From Eledone cirrhosa (lineage: Eukaryota), in NCBI GenBank assembly GCA_964016885.1, contig OZ024754.1:31062001-31126000 (forward strand): DNA of 64,000 bases, read 5' to 3'. Shown here in pieces: positions 39,810 to 53,092 of the stretch. The stretch's first letter is position 1. Each line of letters opens with the position of its first letter. Under the pieces are notes generated by a model. It had not been told where the DNA came from and searched no databases. It was given only the letters and a program-made list of their open reading frames with translations. Both the position numbers and the translations under genes were made by a program.

Positions 39810-40051
39810 GTACTCAATATTGATATTGACAACATACAAGTTTTCTTGTAAGCAAACATTTAACCCTTTTGATAAGAAATCCCCTGAAACTGCCGCTGGT
39901 CCTAAAATTACAAATCTGTTTATTTTAAAAATCTTTATAATTATACATTAAAACTTGCCCTCACAATTTTACCTAAGAACTTATTAAGCAATGTGCCAAG
40001 TAGAAGCTTAATGAGAGGCTAGTTATATTTCTAAACTATCTCCAGATTTAT

Positions 40052-40084
<33 letters not shown>

Positions 40085-40085
<1 letters not shown>

Positions 40086-40280
40086 TTCTTCTTCTTCTTC
40101 TTCTTCTCCTTCTTCTTCTTCTTCTTCTTCTTCTTCACCACCCACTTATTCCCGGGAGGGTCATGGGGGCAGAATCCTAAAGCACATCTTCCACCCGGTC
40201 CTGTCAGAAGCAACCATCTCCAATTGATCTGACTGGATGCCCCAAGTGAGACCAGTTGAACTCAGGGATGTTATTAAGAT
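40085..40280 (-). mobile_element. RTE-like 3' end with (GAA)n tail
   Basis: Homologous to 45522-45715 (GGTCCTGT.AGAAGC.A.CATCTCCAATTGATC). Confidence 0.55.
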
Positions 40281-40346
40281 TTTTAATAATTTTCAAAATA
40301 AACTGAAATCCTTGGGCTTTGGATTTCTTAAGAAATATGACAACAG

Positions 40347-40742
40347 CTTTAATAATTGTTTCTACGTTAGGCACAAGGCCAGCAATTACCCAGTGCATTA
40401 CTGGTACTTTTATTTTATCGACCCCGTAAGGATGAAAGGCAAAGTTAACCTCGGCGGGATTTGAACTCAGATCGTAAAGGGACGTAACTATGCTGGAAAG
40501 CATGGCATCCGACCCTCTACCGATACTGCCAATCCACCGCCCACAGCTTTAATAATTGTTTCTACTTTAGGCACAAGGCCAGCAATTACCCAGTACATTA
40601 CTGGTACTTTATTTTATCGACCCCGTAAGGATGAAAGGCAAAGTTAACCTCGGCGGGATTTGAACTCAGAATGGCAAGGGCCGTAACTCTATGCGTCAAA
40701 GCATGGCGTCCAACCCTCTACCGATACTGCCAATTCACCGCC
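40347..40742 (-). mobile_element. Two tandem S2 SINEs (two subfamilies)
   Basis: Copies at 40347-40541 and 40550-40742; direct repeat ACAGCTTTAATAAT at 40343 and 40544. Confidence 0.88.
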
Positions 40743-40781
40743 CTTACTGCCAAGCTTTAATAATCATATCTGATTGTACTC

Positions 40782-41110
40782 TAGATGTTTGTGTAGTAGA
40801 TATTTGTGTAGTAGATATTTGTGTAGTAGATATTTGTGTAGTAGATATTTGTGTAGTAGATATTTGTGTAGTAGATATTTGTGTAGTAGATATTTGTGTA
40901 GTAGATATTTGTGTAGTAGATATTTGTGTAGTAGATATTTGTAGTAGATATTTGTGTAGTAGATATTTGTGTAGTAGATATTTGTGTAGTAGATATTTGT
41001 GTAGTAGATATTTGTGTAGTAGATATTTGTAGTAGATATTTGTGTAGTAGATATTTGTGTAGTAGATATTTGTGTAGTAGATATTTGTGTAGTAGATATT
41101 TGTAGTAGAT
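40782..41110. repeat. 15-bp tandem repeat
   Basis: AGATATTTGTGTAGT units. Confidence 0.95.
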
Positions 41111-41251
41111 TATTATGTAATATATATCAACATAGTGTTGGTCACATTTCACATAGTGTCGCTGGTGTTGACTGGTACCTTTATTGATCACAGAAGAAGG
41201 ATGACTTTAGTGGAATTTGATGATGAGGATTATAATAATAATTATGTTAGT

Positions 41252-41652
41252 AATAATAATTGTTTCTACTTTTGGCACAAGGCCAGCCATTATCCCAGTG
41301 TATTACTGGTACTTTATTTTATCGACCCCGTAAGGATGGAAGGCAAAGTTAACCTCGGCGGGATTTGAACTCAAACCGTAAAGGGACGTAACTATGCTAG
41401 AAAGCATGGCGTCCAGCCCTCTACTGATACTGCCAATCCACCGCCCTCATGCTAGTAATAATAATAATAATTGTTTTTACTTTAGGCATAAGGCCAACAA
41501 TTTGAAAGGAGGGGAAAGTCAATTAAATCGACCCCAGTACATTACTGGTACTTTATTTTATCGACCCCGTAAGGATGAAAAGCAAAGCTAACCTCGGTGG
41601 GATTTAAAATCATAGCATGACGGGCCGTGTCTGACGCTCTACCGATAGTGCC
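41252..41652 (-). mobile_element. Two adjacent S2-type SINEs
   Basis: TACTGGTACTTTATTTTATCGACCCCGTAAGGATG core in both. Confidence 0.82.
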
Positions 41653-42224
41653 ACATAATCATCATCATCATCATCATCATCATCATTATCATCGTTTAAT
41701 GTCCCTGGGTTAGATGGTTTCGTGCCACTTGATGCTGTATTGGTCGGGAGACCATGTCTCGCTCATACAGAACTATCTCTGGCAGGTTTTCTACGGCTGG
41801 ATGCCCTCCTTAACACCAACCACATTTACAGTGTAGACTGGGAGCCTTTTTACCGTGTCCCCTACACGACCACTTTACAGCATGGACTGGGAATACCATA
41901 AAAGTTGGGTGTCGTACCAAAGACAGCTTTGCTAGGTACTGCACACAGTTTGAGGGAAGTATTATCTGTTTGGTAATGTTACAGATGCCAGTTACACAGT
42001 CATGGTCTTCACTTAACCCAGGACTGCAGTTCTCTATCAAAGAAATATGCTTTGGAAAGACATGTCTAACAAAAGGTGATCAAACCTGTTCATCATCTAG
42101 GAATGTCAGTAGATGTCCCAGCCTCAACACATCTGCTCTTCACCAACACACAGCATATTGAGTCCTGCACATAGGAGATGCTGAGAACAGATGGACCGCC
42201 TGACCAATAATAATGATAGTAATA

Positions 42225-42259
<35 letters not shown>

Positions 42260-42276
42260 CACTACTACCACTACTG

Positions 42277-42308
<32 letters not shown>

Positions 42309-42317
42309 GCCACCACC

Positions 42318-42373
<56 letters not shown>

Positions 42374-42378
42374 CACCA

Positions 42379-42411
<33 letters not shown>

Positions 42412-42617
42412 AACAATAGTAATAACAATGCTAATAATATAAGGAAATAAAATATTTATTAAAGTCCAGACATAATGAGATTGTGTATGTATGTATGTTT
42501 GTGTGTCTATCATCATCATCGCTAGTGTGTATGTGTGTATGTGTGTATGCATACATGTGTGTATGTGATTTTGTGTGTTTTTATCTCTCTCTCTCTCTAT
42601 ATATATATATACATATG

Positions 42618-42677
<60 letters not shown>

Positions 42678-42754
42678 TATATATGTAAATATACACATTA
42701 TATATATATTTATATATAGATATAAAAGCACTCGACAAATATTTGGAGTATATT

Positions 42755-43140
42755 TACAATATTAAATAAATGGAAAACTATATTTATAAAACCATATTTA
42801 TTTCATTATATATATTTCGGGGATATCATATTAACAATATGCTATGCCTTCATCAGACAAAATACAATATAAACAGTTTTATAGATAAATATATTCGACA
42901 TACCGTAATAAACATCAACTTCATTTGAAGAGGTTTACGCTAGCAGTCCTGCTAGCGTAAACCTCTTCAAATGAAGTTGATGTTTATTACGGTATGTCGA
43001 ATATATTTATCTATAAAACTGTTTATATTGTAATTTGTCTGATGAAGGCATAGCATATTGTTAATATGATATCCCCGAAATATATATAATGAAATAAATA
43101 TGGTTTTATAAATATAGTTTTCCATTTATTTAATATTGTA
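42755..43140. repeat. Fold-back element with 192-bp arms and 2-nt loop, family HB
   Basis: 42755-42946 is the reverse complement of 42949-43140, with about one mismatch; embedded in (TA)n. Confidence 0.96.
42799..42864 (-). ncRNA. Type I hammerhead ribozyme (candidate; mirror copy on + at 43031-43096)
   Basis: UAUUUUGU-CUGAUGA-A-GG.AUA.CAUAUU(guu)AAUAUG.UAU.CCC-GAAA-UAUAUA-UA|AUGAAAUA; 8-bp stem I including G-U pairs. Confidence 0.72.
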
Positions 43141-43432
43141 TATTTATATATATATATATACATTATATATATATATATATGTGTGTTAATCTAATAAGTA
43201 ATAAATAGTATACATTTGTATGTGTTTCAGTACACTGGCCAAGCTATTGAAAAATTTGTACACATGACAAATATATAGCTATTTATTACTTAATATATTA
43301 ATATATACTCACTCTATATATACAGGTTCACAGTCCGTTCAATAAACTATTTTTTGTACACTATAAATAACACACACACACACATATATATATCATCATA
43401 ATCATCATCATCTCTCTCTATGTGTGTGTAGG

Positions 43433-43466
<34 letters not shown>

Positions 43467-43469
<3 letters not shown>

Positions 43470-43803
43470 ATCTCATTTTACGTCCTCTTTTCCCTGCTTG
43501 CAAGGGTGGGACGGGAACTGATTCTGGCTTGATTTCTTCAGCTGGATGCCCTTCCTAACACCAACCTCATTTACAGTGAGTGCTGGGTGCTTTTTTGCCG
43601 TGGCACCTACACGACCACTTTGCGGTGGAATGAAATGATAGGGACCCCAGTCCCTATCATCTCATTTCTACAGCTGAGTAAACTGGAGCAATGTGAAATA
43701 AAGTGTCTTGCTCAAGGAAACAACACATCACTCGGTCTGAGAATTGAACTCACAACCTTTCGATTGCAAGGCCAATGCTCTAACCACTAAGCCATGTGCC
43801 TCC
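43467..43803 (-). mobile_element. SINE family S1
   Basis: Matches 7482-7816. Confidence 0.88.
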
Positions 43804-43852
43804 ATATATATATATGTATGTATGTGTGTGTGTGTATGTGTGTGTGTGTGTG

Positions 43853-43890
<38 letters not shown>

Positions 43891-44038
43891 AAAAGAGTTT
43901 TGACAGCTAGATCCAAACTGTTCAGATCTAGCTGTCGGGGTCCTGACTATTTTCCTATTACCCACTCTACTACCCTAAGTATTGAGTACTCTGGTGCGTT
44001 ATGGTCCACCTGGTTTCTTACCACACTTTCTTTGTTTA

Positions 44039-44077
<39 letters not shown>

Positions 44078-45282
44078 TGTGTGTATGTGTGCGTGTGTGT
44101 GAGCTGACCAAGATACTCTCATGGATTGACCCTGGAAAGAAACAATGTAGTTATTGATAAGAAGAGTTGCAATAAATGCATGCAAGATTTCACAGCTCTA
44201 ACATCACTCCTTCCTAGTCAGTCTATGACCAAGATACTCTCATGGAATGACCAAATGAGTTTATTTTTCAATTTAGACCCTGGAAAGAAACAATGTAGTT
44301 ATTAATAAGGAAAGTTGAAATTAATGCATGCAAGATTTCATAGCTCTAGCATCACTCCTTCCTAGTCAGTCTATGAACTTTTCAGCTAACCTTTGTAGCT
44401 TTACAGGTACATGAATGTCTGTGTGGTTGCTTTGCAACCACAGGGTTTGGGGTTCAATCCTTTTGTAGGGTACATTGGCCAAGTGTCTTTTCTTATAGCT
44501 TTAAGTTGACTAATGCTTTATAGGAATAATTTGGTAGATGGGAACTATACAGGAGTCTGTTGTAGCAGTATATATGTGTGTATGTTTGTGTGTGTGTGTG
44601 TGCGTGTTTGTGTGTCTTTCTATGTGTGTTTTCATGTTGAGTCCTGTTAAACAACTGGTGGTATTTGTTAATATACTGCATAACATGCCACCATGTGTAT
44701 ATCTATGTATGTATGTCAAAATATCAATGCATGTGTATATATACGTATGTATGTACATATTCATGTCAATATGTGTTTGTTACATTTATGTGTCAAAATA
44801 TTAATGTGTATACATATATGTGTATATATATATGTGTGTATATATATATATGTGTGTGTGTGTGTACATATATATGTGTGTGAGTGTTTGTGTACATAAT
44901 CATGTCAAAATGTGTATGTTCATATGTATATGTCAAAATACCAATACACATATATATATACATATGTGTATATACATATATACATATGTATACATATATA
45001 TACATATATATACATATGTATACATATATATACATATATATACATATGTATACATATATATACATATGTATACATATATATACATATATATACATATATA
45101 TACATATATATACATATATACATATGTGTATACATGTACATATTTATATGTCGCTGTATTTCATATTGTTTACATGTCATTTCAATCAAGTTTATAAAAA
45201 TAATAAGAATTCTGTTGGGTTGTATAAGTTTAAACAATATTTTTTATAATAATTTTAGGCACCCAACTTACAGTTTCTGTAT

Positions 45283-45483
45283 TTAAATTGGCCGTCTCCA
45301 ACGAGAATTCTTTCACCTCTTTCTGTTCAAACCAGTGGTAACCAGCCACTCATACTAATGTTAAGGTATTGTTCTCAAAATACATAATATCAAAATCTCA
45401 TAGATTCGATATTATGTGAGATAAAGCCTTTACCATGAAAATACAATTGTAAATATAGAATAATGTGAATGCTGAAGGGTTAA
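45283..45483 (-). mobile_element. TTAA-bounded MITE (piggyBac-like)
   Basis: Reverse complement of 49149-49402; ends in AATGCTGAAGGGTTAA. Confidence 0.6.
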
Positions 45484-45719
45484 TTAAATTGTACACTGGA
45501 TTTAGTCAGAACTGTAATTTTGTCTTCTTCTCCCATTTATTCCTAAAAGGACCCTTGGGGCAGAGTCCTCAAACACTTCCTCCAGTGGGTCCTGTTAGAA
45601 GCGATCATCTCCAATTGATCCAGTTGAATCCCAAGCGACACTAGCCAAGTTCATGGATTATATCCAACCATCTCGCTCAGGATCTACCCCTGGGTCTCCT
45701 ACTGGTTGGTTTTGTGCAT

Positions 45720-46332
45720 AAAATCTGTCCAGCGATTCTTTCCTGTGACATCCGAACCATATGCCTGTAGTATTGGAGCTGTGATCTTTAAAATCTGTCC
45801 AGCAATTCTTTCCTGTGACATCCTAACCACATATGCCTGTAGTATTGGAGCTGTGATCTTTAAAATCTGTCCAGCAATTCTTTCTTGTGACATCCTAACC
45901 ACATATGCCTGTAGTATTGGAGCTGTGATCTTTAAAATCTGTCCAGTGATTCTTTCCTGAGATATCCTAACCATATGTCTGTAGTATTGGAGATGTGATC
46001 ATTAAAATCTGTCCAGTGATTCTTTCCTGTGACATCCTAACCATATGTCTGTAGTATTGGAGCTGTGATCTTTAAAATCTGTCCAGCGATTCTTTTCTGT
46101 GACATCCTAACCACATATGCCTGTAGTATTGGAGCTGTGATCTTTAAAATCTGTCCAGTGATTCTTTCCTGAGATATCCTAACCATATGTCTGTAGTATT
46201 GGAGATGTGATCATTAAAATCTGTCCAGTGATTCTTTCCTGAGATATCCTAACCATATGTCTGTAGTATTGGAGATGTGATCTTTAAAATCTGTCCAGTG
46301 ATTCTTTCCTGAGATATCCTAACCATATGTCT
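45720..46332. repeat. 70-72-bp tandem repeat
   Basis: AAAATCTGTCCAGCAATTCTTTCCTGTGACATCCTAACCACATATGCCTGTAGTATTGGAGCTGTGATCTTT units. Confidence 0.92.
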
Positions 46333-46873
46333 GTTGTATCAGAACATGTCTATATGTGTATGTATACTATATATTTGTATACATGTGTCTATATGTGTAT
46401 GTATACAAATATATTGTATACATACACATGTGTCTATATGTGTATGTATTCAATATATTTGTATACATGTGTCTATATGTGTATGTATATAATATATTTC
46501 TGTACATGTATCTATATCTATATGCGTATAATATATTTTTATACATGTGTATGTGTATTTGTGTACATGTGTATGTATATATATTCAATATATTTGTATA
46601 CATTTGTCTATGTGTTTGTGTACGTGAAGTGTACATGTTCATTTATTTTTTTTTCCAAATATTTGCAAAAAATACAACAAAAGAGATGTTTTGTTCAAAC
46701 TAACTGTGTTTGCTTTGTCCAGGCCTGTACTTAGCTGTTTGGTTGTGATAAAAGTACCATTATGGTTTTGGCAGCCAGAGAGTTAAAGACACTCGAACAC
46801 AACTTTTGTAAAATTTTCAGAGTAGTCTCCCTTTGTACAGAAGCATTATATTTTTTTCAAACTTATAAATTGT

Positions 46874-47052
46874 AATAATTGTTTCTATTTTTGGCACAAG
46901 GCCAGCAAATACCCAGTGTATTACTGGTACTTTATTTTATCGACTCCGTAAGGATGAGAGGCAAAATTAACCTTGGCGAGATTTGAACTCAGAATGGCAA
47001 GGGCCGTAACTCTATGCGTCAAAGTATGGCGTCCGACCCTCTGCCAATCCAC
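46874..47052 (-). mobile_element. S2 SINE
   Basis: Matches 40550-40742. Confidence 0.85.
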
Positions 47053-47247
47053 CTGGTGTCACATTTGTAACATTTGTAATATTGTGAGGATTATGGGTCT
47101 GCAATATATTCTACACCCATTGTGGCGTCCACTCATTCCCAGTGATCATATGTTGGCATTGGGATATCATTCTATAAGATGTGAACAACTCACACACACA
47201 TACACACACACATACACACACACATACACACGCATACATACACAACT

Positions 47248-47287
<40 letters not shown>

Positions 47288-47489
47288 ACATACACACACA
47301 CACACACGAACATTCACGCATACGTACACAACTACATACACACACACACATACACACACACACACACACACACGTACATACACACATACACACGCATACA
47401 TACACAACTACATACACACACACACACACATACACACACACACGTACATACACTCATACATACACAACTACATACACACACACACATAC

Positions 47490-47527
<38 letters not shown>

Positions 47528-47728
47528 GTACATTCACGCATACATTCACAACAACATACACACACACACATACGCACACATACATACACACACACACACG
47601 TACATACACACATACACAACAACACACACACACATACACACACATACATTACGCACAACTACATACACACATATGCATACGCACACATGCATGCTCACAT
47701 AAACATACACAAACAGCTTATTTAATTA

Positions 47729-47920
47729 AGGGCGGTGGATTGGCAGTATCGGTAGAGGGTTGGACGCCATGCTTTCTAGCATAGTTACGTCCCTTTACAG
47801 TCTGAGTTCAAATCCCGCCGAGGTTAACTTTGCCTTTCATCCTTACGGGATCGATAAAATAAAGTACCAGTAATGTACTGGGTATTTGCTGGCCTTGTGC
47901 CTAAAGTAGAAACGTTTATT
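47729..47920 (+). mobile_element. S2 SINE
   Basis: GGGCGGTGGATTGGCAGTATCGG...; TTATTTAATTAAG on both sides is a possible target-site duplication. Confidence 0.88.
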
Positions 47921-49148
47921 TAATTAAGAGTGTTTTGTAATGTTTGTTTGTTTTTTGTTTATTTTCTTGCAGTTGTGGCCAAGAGTTGCTGTGGAGTTTG
48001 GTAGAGATGAGGAAGAGACAGGCTGACATAACAGAAGTGGTTTATACCATTGAAGTGACAGAAGGGGACGAGGTGTGACAAGAAGAGGACAGGGCTAACA
48101 ACAGTTGTAGTGTGGTTGACACAACAGGGGAGGAGGGGGGGCTATGGATAAAGGTCAGAAGAAGAAGAATGAAATGATGAAAGAGAAAATTTAGGGGGGG
48201 GGGAGAGAGGGGGGATGTATGGGGGCGGGGGGAGGAAGGGAGAGACGGGGGGGGAGAAGGAAGAGGTAACACTAGCAGATTTGTTTTGATAGTGGTGGTG
48301 GTGGTGGTTGTATGATGGAGGTGGGGTTGTTGCTGTCGGTGGTGGTGTTGGGGGGTGTTGGATGTGGGGGTAGTGGTGGTGTTATTGTTGGTGGTGTTGG
48401 TGATGTTGGAGGTGGCGGCACTGGTGATGGTGGTGGTGGTGGTGGTGGTGGTGTTGTTGGTGGTGTTGGAGGTGGTGGTGGTGGTGGTGGTGTTGGAGGT
48501 GGTGGTGGTGGTAGTCGTGCTGGTGGTGATGGTGGTGGTGGTGGTCGTGCTGGTGGTGATGGTGGTGTTGAGGTGGTGGTGGTGGTGGTCGTGCTGGTGG
48601 TGATGGTGGTGGTGGTGGTGGTGATGGTGGTGATGGTGGTGGTGGTGATGGTGGTGGTGGTGGTCGTACTGGTGGTGATGGTGGTGGTGGTGGTGGTGGT
48701 GGTAGTGGTGGTGTTGTTGGAGGTGGTGGTGGTCATGCTAGTGGTGATGGTGGTGGTGGTGGTGGTGGTGGTGGTGGTGTTGGTGGTGGTGGTGGTCGTG
48801 CTGGTGGTGATGGTGGTGGTGGTGGTGGTGGTGGTGGTGGTGGTAGTGGTGGTGTTGGAGGTGGTGGTGGTCGTGCTAGTGGTGATGGTGGTGGTGGTGG
48901 TGTTGGTGGTGGTGGTGCTGGTGCTGGTGGCGGTGGCGGTGCTGGTGTTTGTGGTGCTGGGGTTATATTGAGTCTATCAACAGTACTTTTCTTCATTAAC
49001 TCCTCCTTGTTTCTTATCTTAATTCCACCAAATTTAGGACCAACACATGGGATTGGTGGTTGATCAATGGAACAGCCTACTCATGCTAAGCATTCCCACA
49101 TACGTGTATCATTAATGTATTAACACAGGGAGATTCAATGTCACAGAG

Positions 49149-49402
49149 TTTAACCCTTTAGCATTTACATTACTCTATATATACTATTATATGTTTATGG
49201 TAAAGGCTTTACCTCACATAATATCTCACATAATATCTCACATAATATCTCACATAATATCTCACATAATATTGAATCAATGAGATTTTGAAAGTATTTA
49301 TTTTGAGAACAATACCTTAACATCAGTTTGAGTGACCAGTTACAGCCAGTTTCAACAGAAAGAGGTAGAGAATTCTGGCCGGTTTGTACATTAAATGGTT
49401 AA
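49149..49402 (+). mobile_element. TTAA-bounded MITE (piggyBac-like)
   Basis: TTAACCCTTTAGCATT...CATTAAATGGTTAA with an internal 13-bp expansion. Further copy at 58477-58674. Confidence 0.65.
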
Positions 49403-49752
49403 GGCAAGGGTATTTGAGTGGACAAGAGCAACAAGAAATAAAGAGACTTGCTTAAGCGACACACTGCACTGGAGGAAATCAAACTTATGACCTTACAATC
49501 ATAACCCAGACACTCTAGCCACAAAGCCATGTATATACACTCCAATTCTCAGCAGTTTGTTATATCCTGATTTCTTTGGCATGGTAGATTTAATCTGTCA
49601 CATGATTTAACACCACCACCTGATCCTTAGGTGGTTTTAGCAGATTACATGCTGTTACAAGCATCCACAGGCTAAGTCCTAGTTTGAGAATAACTTCCTC
49701 CCTTCTATACAGAATGTACATTTAAAACCCGTCTCTCTTCTTTATAATATAT

Positions 49753-50600
49753 ATCATCATCATCATCATTTTCATCATTTGTCTGCTTTTCCCTGCTTGC
49801 AAGGGTGGGACGGGAACTGATTCTGGCTTGATTTCTACAGCTGGATGCCTTTCCTAACACCAACCTCATTTACAGTGAGTGCTGGGTGCTTTTTTCCTGT
49901 GGCACCTACACGTCCACTTTACAGTGTGGGCTGGGTGCTTTTTTGCTGTGGCACCTCCACGACCACTTTGCAGTGAGAGGGTGTGGGGCATACTGTCTAT
50001 ATGCTTCAGCTTCGGCTTGTACTCGTGGGGGGTCAGGCCTTCTGTATTACTGTGTGACGCCAGAGGTCATGGTCGTGTGTCATCGCCTTTGAGAGGTGTA
50101 ATTGGGTAAGGTCGGCTTTTATCACCTCATCCCAGGTCTTCTCGGGTCTCCCCACTCTGTGGTTTCCATCGACTTCTAGTGCTCTGCACCTTTTTATGCA
50201 GCTGTCATCCTTCATACGCATCACATGTCCATACCAACACAACCGCCTCTCTTGCACACAGCATTTTATTCATCATATGCTCAGTCTCTCTCTCAATTCG
50301 TTTATGCTTTGCCGTTTACGTATATTACTATTACACATCCATCGGAGCATGCAGGCTTTGTTTCTCTCTAATCTACGTAAGTCTTCCACCTTCAGCACCC
50401 AGGTCTCACTACCATGTAACATTGCTGTTCGTATACACGCATCATACAGTCTGCCTTTCATTTTGAGGGAAAAGCCTTTTGCAGCTAGCAGTGGCAGTAG
50501 CTCCTTGAACTTCTTCCATCCCGTTCTTACCCTAGTTATTGTACTTTCTGAACACCCACCTCCGCTGCTAATTCGGTCACCTAGGTAGCAGAAGCTGTCT
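49753..50600 (-). mobile_element. 5'-truncated RTE LINE whose 3'UTR equals the S1 SINE 3' half
   Basis: DSFCYLGD, LHGSETW, RLCWYGHVMRM..GRPEKTW, then an S1-type tail ending in (GAT)n. Confidence 0.88.
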
Positions 50601-50601
50601 A

Positions 50602-50653
<52 letters not shown>

Positions 50654-50720
50654 GTGTGTATGTGTGTGTGTGAGTGTGTGTGTGTGTGTAAGTATATTTT
50701 GAAACAGTGAGTGAGTTTTG

Positions 50721-50936
50721 AAATTAGAAATTGAAGCCTTCACCATATTTTTTTACTAAAGAAATGTTAGCCTGATAGTAGGGTTTAGAACCCTCTAAGA
50801 AATGGAAATAGATGAGTATTGACTCCCATGTACGTCAATACTCGTCTATTTCCATTTCTTAGAGGGTTCTAAACCCCACTATCAGGCTAAAATTTCTTTA
50901 GTCAAAAAATATGGCAAAAGCTTCTATTTCTAATTT
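50721..50936. repeat. Fold-back palindrome (~103-bp arms)
   Basis: 50721-50823 versus 50834-50936, with several mismatches. Confidence 0.92.
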
Positions 50937-50988
50937 TATATATATACCGTCTAACCCATGCTAGCGTGGAAAATGGACGTTAAACGAA

Positions 50989-51024
<36 letters not shown>

Positions 51025-51204
51025 ACATGCATATATCTTTCTTAATATGAACACTCTGCATATTACACCAATAACAAACAAATGTCGATATTAATCAACA
51101 CTTTTAACACTGAATATCCAATTCATGTCATGAATATCATCATCATCTCATCATGCATCGAATACTGGCCTTTCCCCTCTTTGCACTGCAGACATTCCAT
51201 ATAT

Positions 51205-51525
51205 ATATTCTTTTACTCTTTTACCTGTTCCAGCCATCCGACTGAGGCCATACTGGGGCACCGCCCTTATTGCTACACATTCTATCTCCAGCCTATGCTG
51301 GCTGAGTATTGGTGTAAGATGGAGTTCATTGTTGCTGCCCTTAGGTTACCTTCGTATTGTGCTGTGGGCTCATCCGGGATCCTGGATAGCAGGGTGTCAA
51401 GATGTTTCTTGAAATCATCCTCGTCCACACCATGCAGATCTCAAAAAATTTCTTGGCAGCTTGTTGAAGAGTTGAGGTCCTTTGAACGCCAGGCTATTGC
51501 AATATCTACTCCTTATTCTAGATCT
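51205..51525 (-). mobile_element. CR1-group 3' fragment
   Basis: Homologous to 9310-9625. Confidence 0.8.
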
Positions 51526-51802
51526 GAAATATATATATATACACACACACACAGACACACTCATATATACATATATATATATATGTGTGTATGTAAAAAG
51601 TAAGCAAAAATAACCTAACAAATAGCAGAGTATATGGAAGGATTATATTAGTTTAACGAAAAGGGTCTTAACATTTCGGATGATTTGTATATGTATATAG
51701 TAAAAATAAATGTGAAGACTAAACTCCAAAGAGGGTTCGATAAGGATTATATATATATATATTAAAAAATATATATATTTATATAAAAACCTTGTAGAGC
51801 AA

Positions 51803-51938
51803 ATATTTATTATAAGAACAAATTAAAGTTTAAGCAAAGAATCACTGCTTTCACCCTTAACAGGATCTTCAGAAGATCCTGTTAAGGGTGAAAGCAGTGA
51901 TTCTTTGCTTAAACTTTAATTTGTTCTTATAATAAATA

Positions 51939-51939
<1 letters not shown>
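51803..51939. repeat. Perfect fold-back (68-bp arms) centred on CTGAAG
   Basis: ...CACCCTTAACAGGATCTTC-A-GAAGATCCTGTTAAGGGTG... Confidence 0.94.
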
Positions 51940-51966
<27 letters not shown>

Positions 51967-51973
<7 letters not shown>

Positions 51974-52140
51974 CAAAATATTAATAAATGAAGACGTTCA
52001 CATAATCAAAATATATGTTTTATTATATATATTTCGGAGGTACTTTGCTGAAAAAACAGCACAGTACCTCCAAAATATATATAATAAAACATATATTTTG
52101 ATTATGTGAACGTCTTCAGTTATTAATATTTTGAATAATA
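51967..52140. repeat. Fold-back (~84-bp arms) with GAAATATATATA motif
   Basis: 51967-52050 versus 52057-52140. Confidence 0.92.
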
Positions 52141-52440
52141 TTAATAACTCCAGAAAACTTCCTTGTAGAGTGCTTTTAATCTATTGTAAAACTGTATTCA
52201 TTGAGTAATCAATGAACCATATTGGTCTTTGGTATATATACATATATATATATACATACATACATACATATATATATACATATATCATCATCACGTAAAA
52301 TGATGATGATATATGTATATATGTATGTATGTATATGTGAGTGTGTGGTATTAGTGGTATATAAAAAACCTGTTAGTTTATATACTCCATTAGTACCATT
52401 ATCACCAGCTGTAGTCAGCACAATGTTTATATTATGTAAG

Positions 52441-52739
52441 AGAGAACAAAGTTTCAATGTAAAATATTTATATTCCCCATGAAACAAGACACATGCTTTG
52501 TTGGTGATTAGCTCGAGGTCTTAATCAATACAATTGACCTGACACTGGTATCTATCTGTTTATCAGATGCGTAGATTAGGTTCAAAACACTTCCAGAGAG
52601 AAAAATGTTTAGAACCTGATAAACAGATAGATACCAGTGTCAGGTTTATCATCGATTAAGACCTTAAGCTAATCATCAACAAAACATGTGGCACGTTTGA
52701 TGGGGAATATAAATATTTTACATTGAAATGTCATTCTCT
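52441..52739. repeat. Diverged inverted repeat (~125-bp arms)
   Basis: ACCTGACACTGGTATCTATCTGTTTATCAG versus CTGATAAACAGATAGATACCAGTGTCAGGT, with flanking matches. Confidence 0.88.
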
Positions 52740-53092
52740 TTAACCAGCCTGATTTGTGGTCTCTCCAATCTTGGCACTGCAGACTATACATTCATACATC
52801 TCTTAATTATTACTGAAATTCTATAAGAATCCAGCTTCTATAATTCGCAGCAGAGGCAAGGGACTGTGTGGTCTTGATAAACACTAACAAGTGAGAAAGA
52901 GACTGTCGATCACTCTCCCTTGTTTTTGTCGAATATAAGTAAGTGACGCAGTGAATGGTCTTCTAAATATTTTTAATTAAACATACAGTATATTGCCAAA
53001 TGTACTATACATACATTGATGTATACATCGCTATTTCAGAGCACCAATAATAATAACTAATTTTTGCTCGACCGGCAATCACTTTCAATCAA

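Noticed and set aside
47972-48078. Possible + strand exon after a strong polypyrimidine-AG
   Set aside because: Short frame, weak donor and no recognisable protein. Similar weak candidates at 3082-3157 (-) and 10427-10477 (-).
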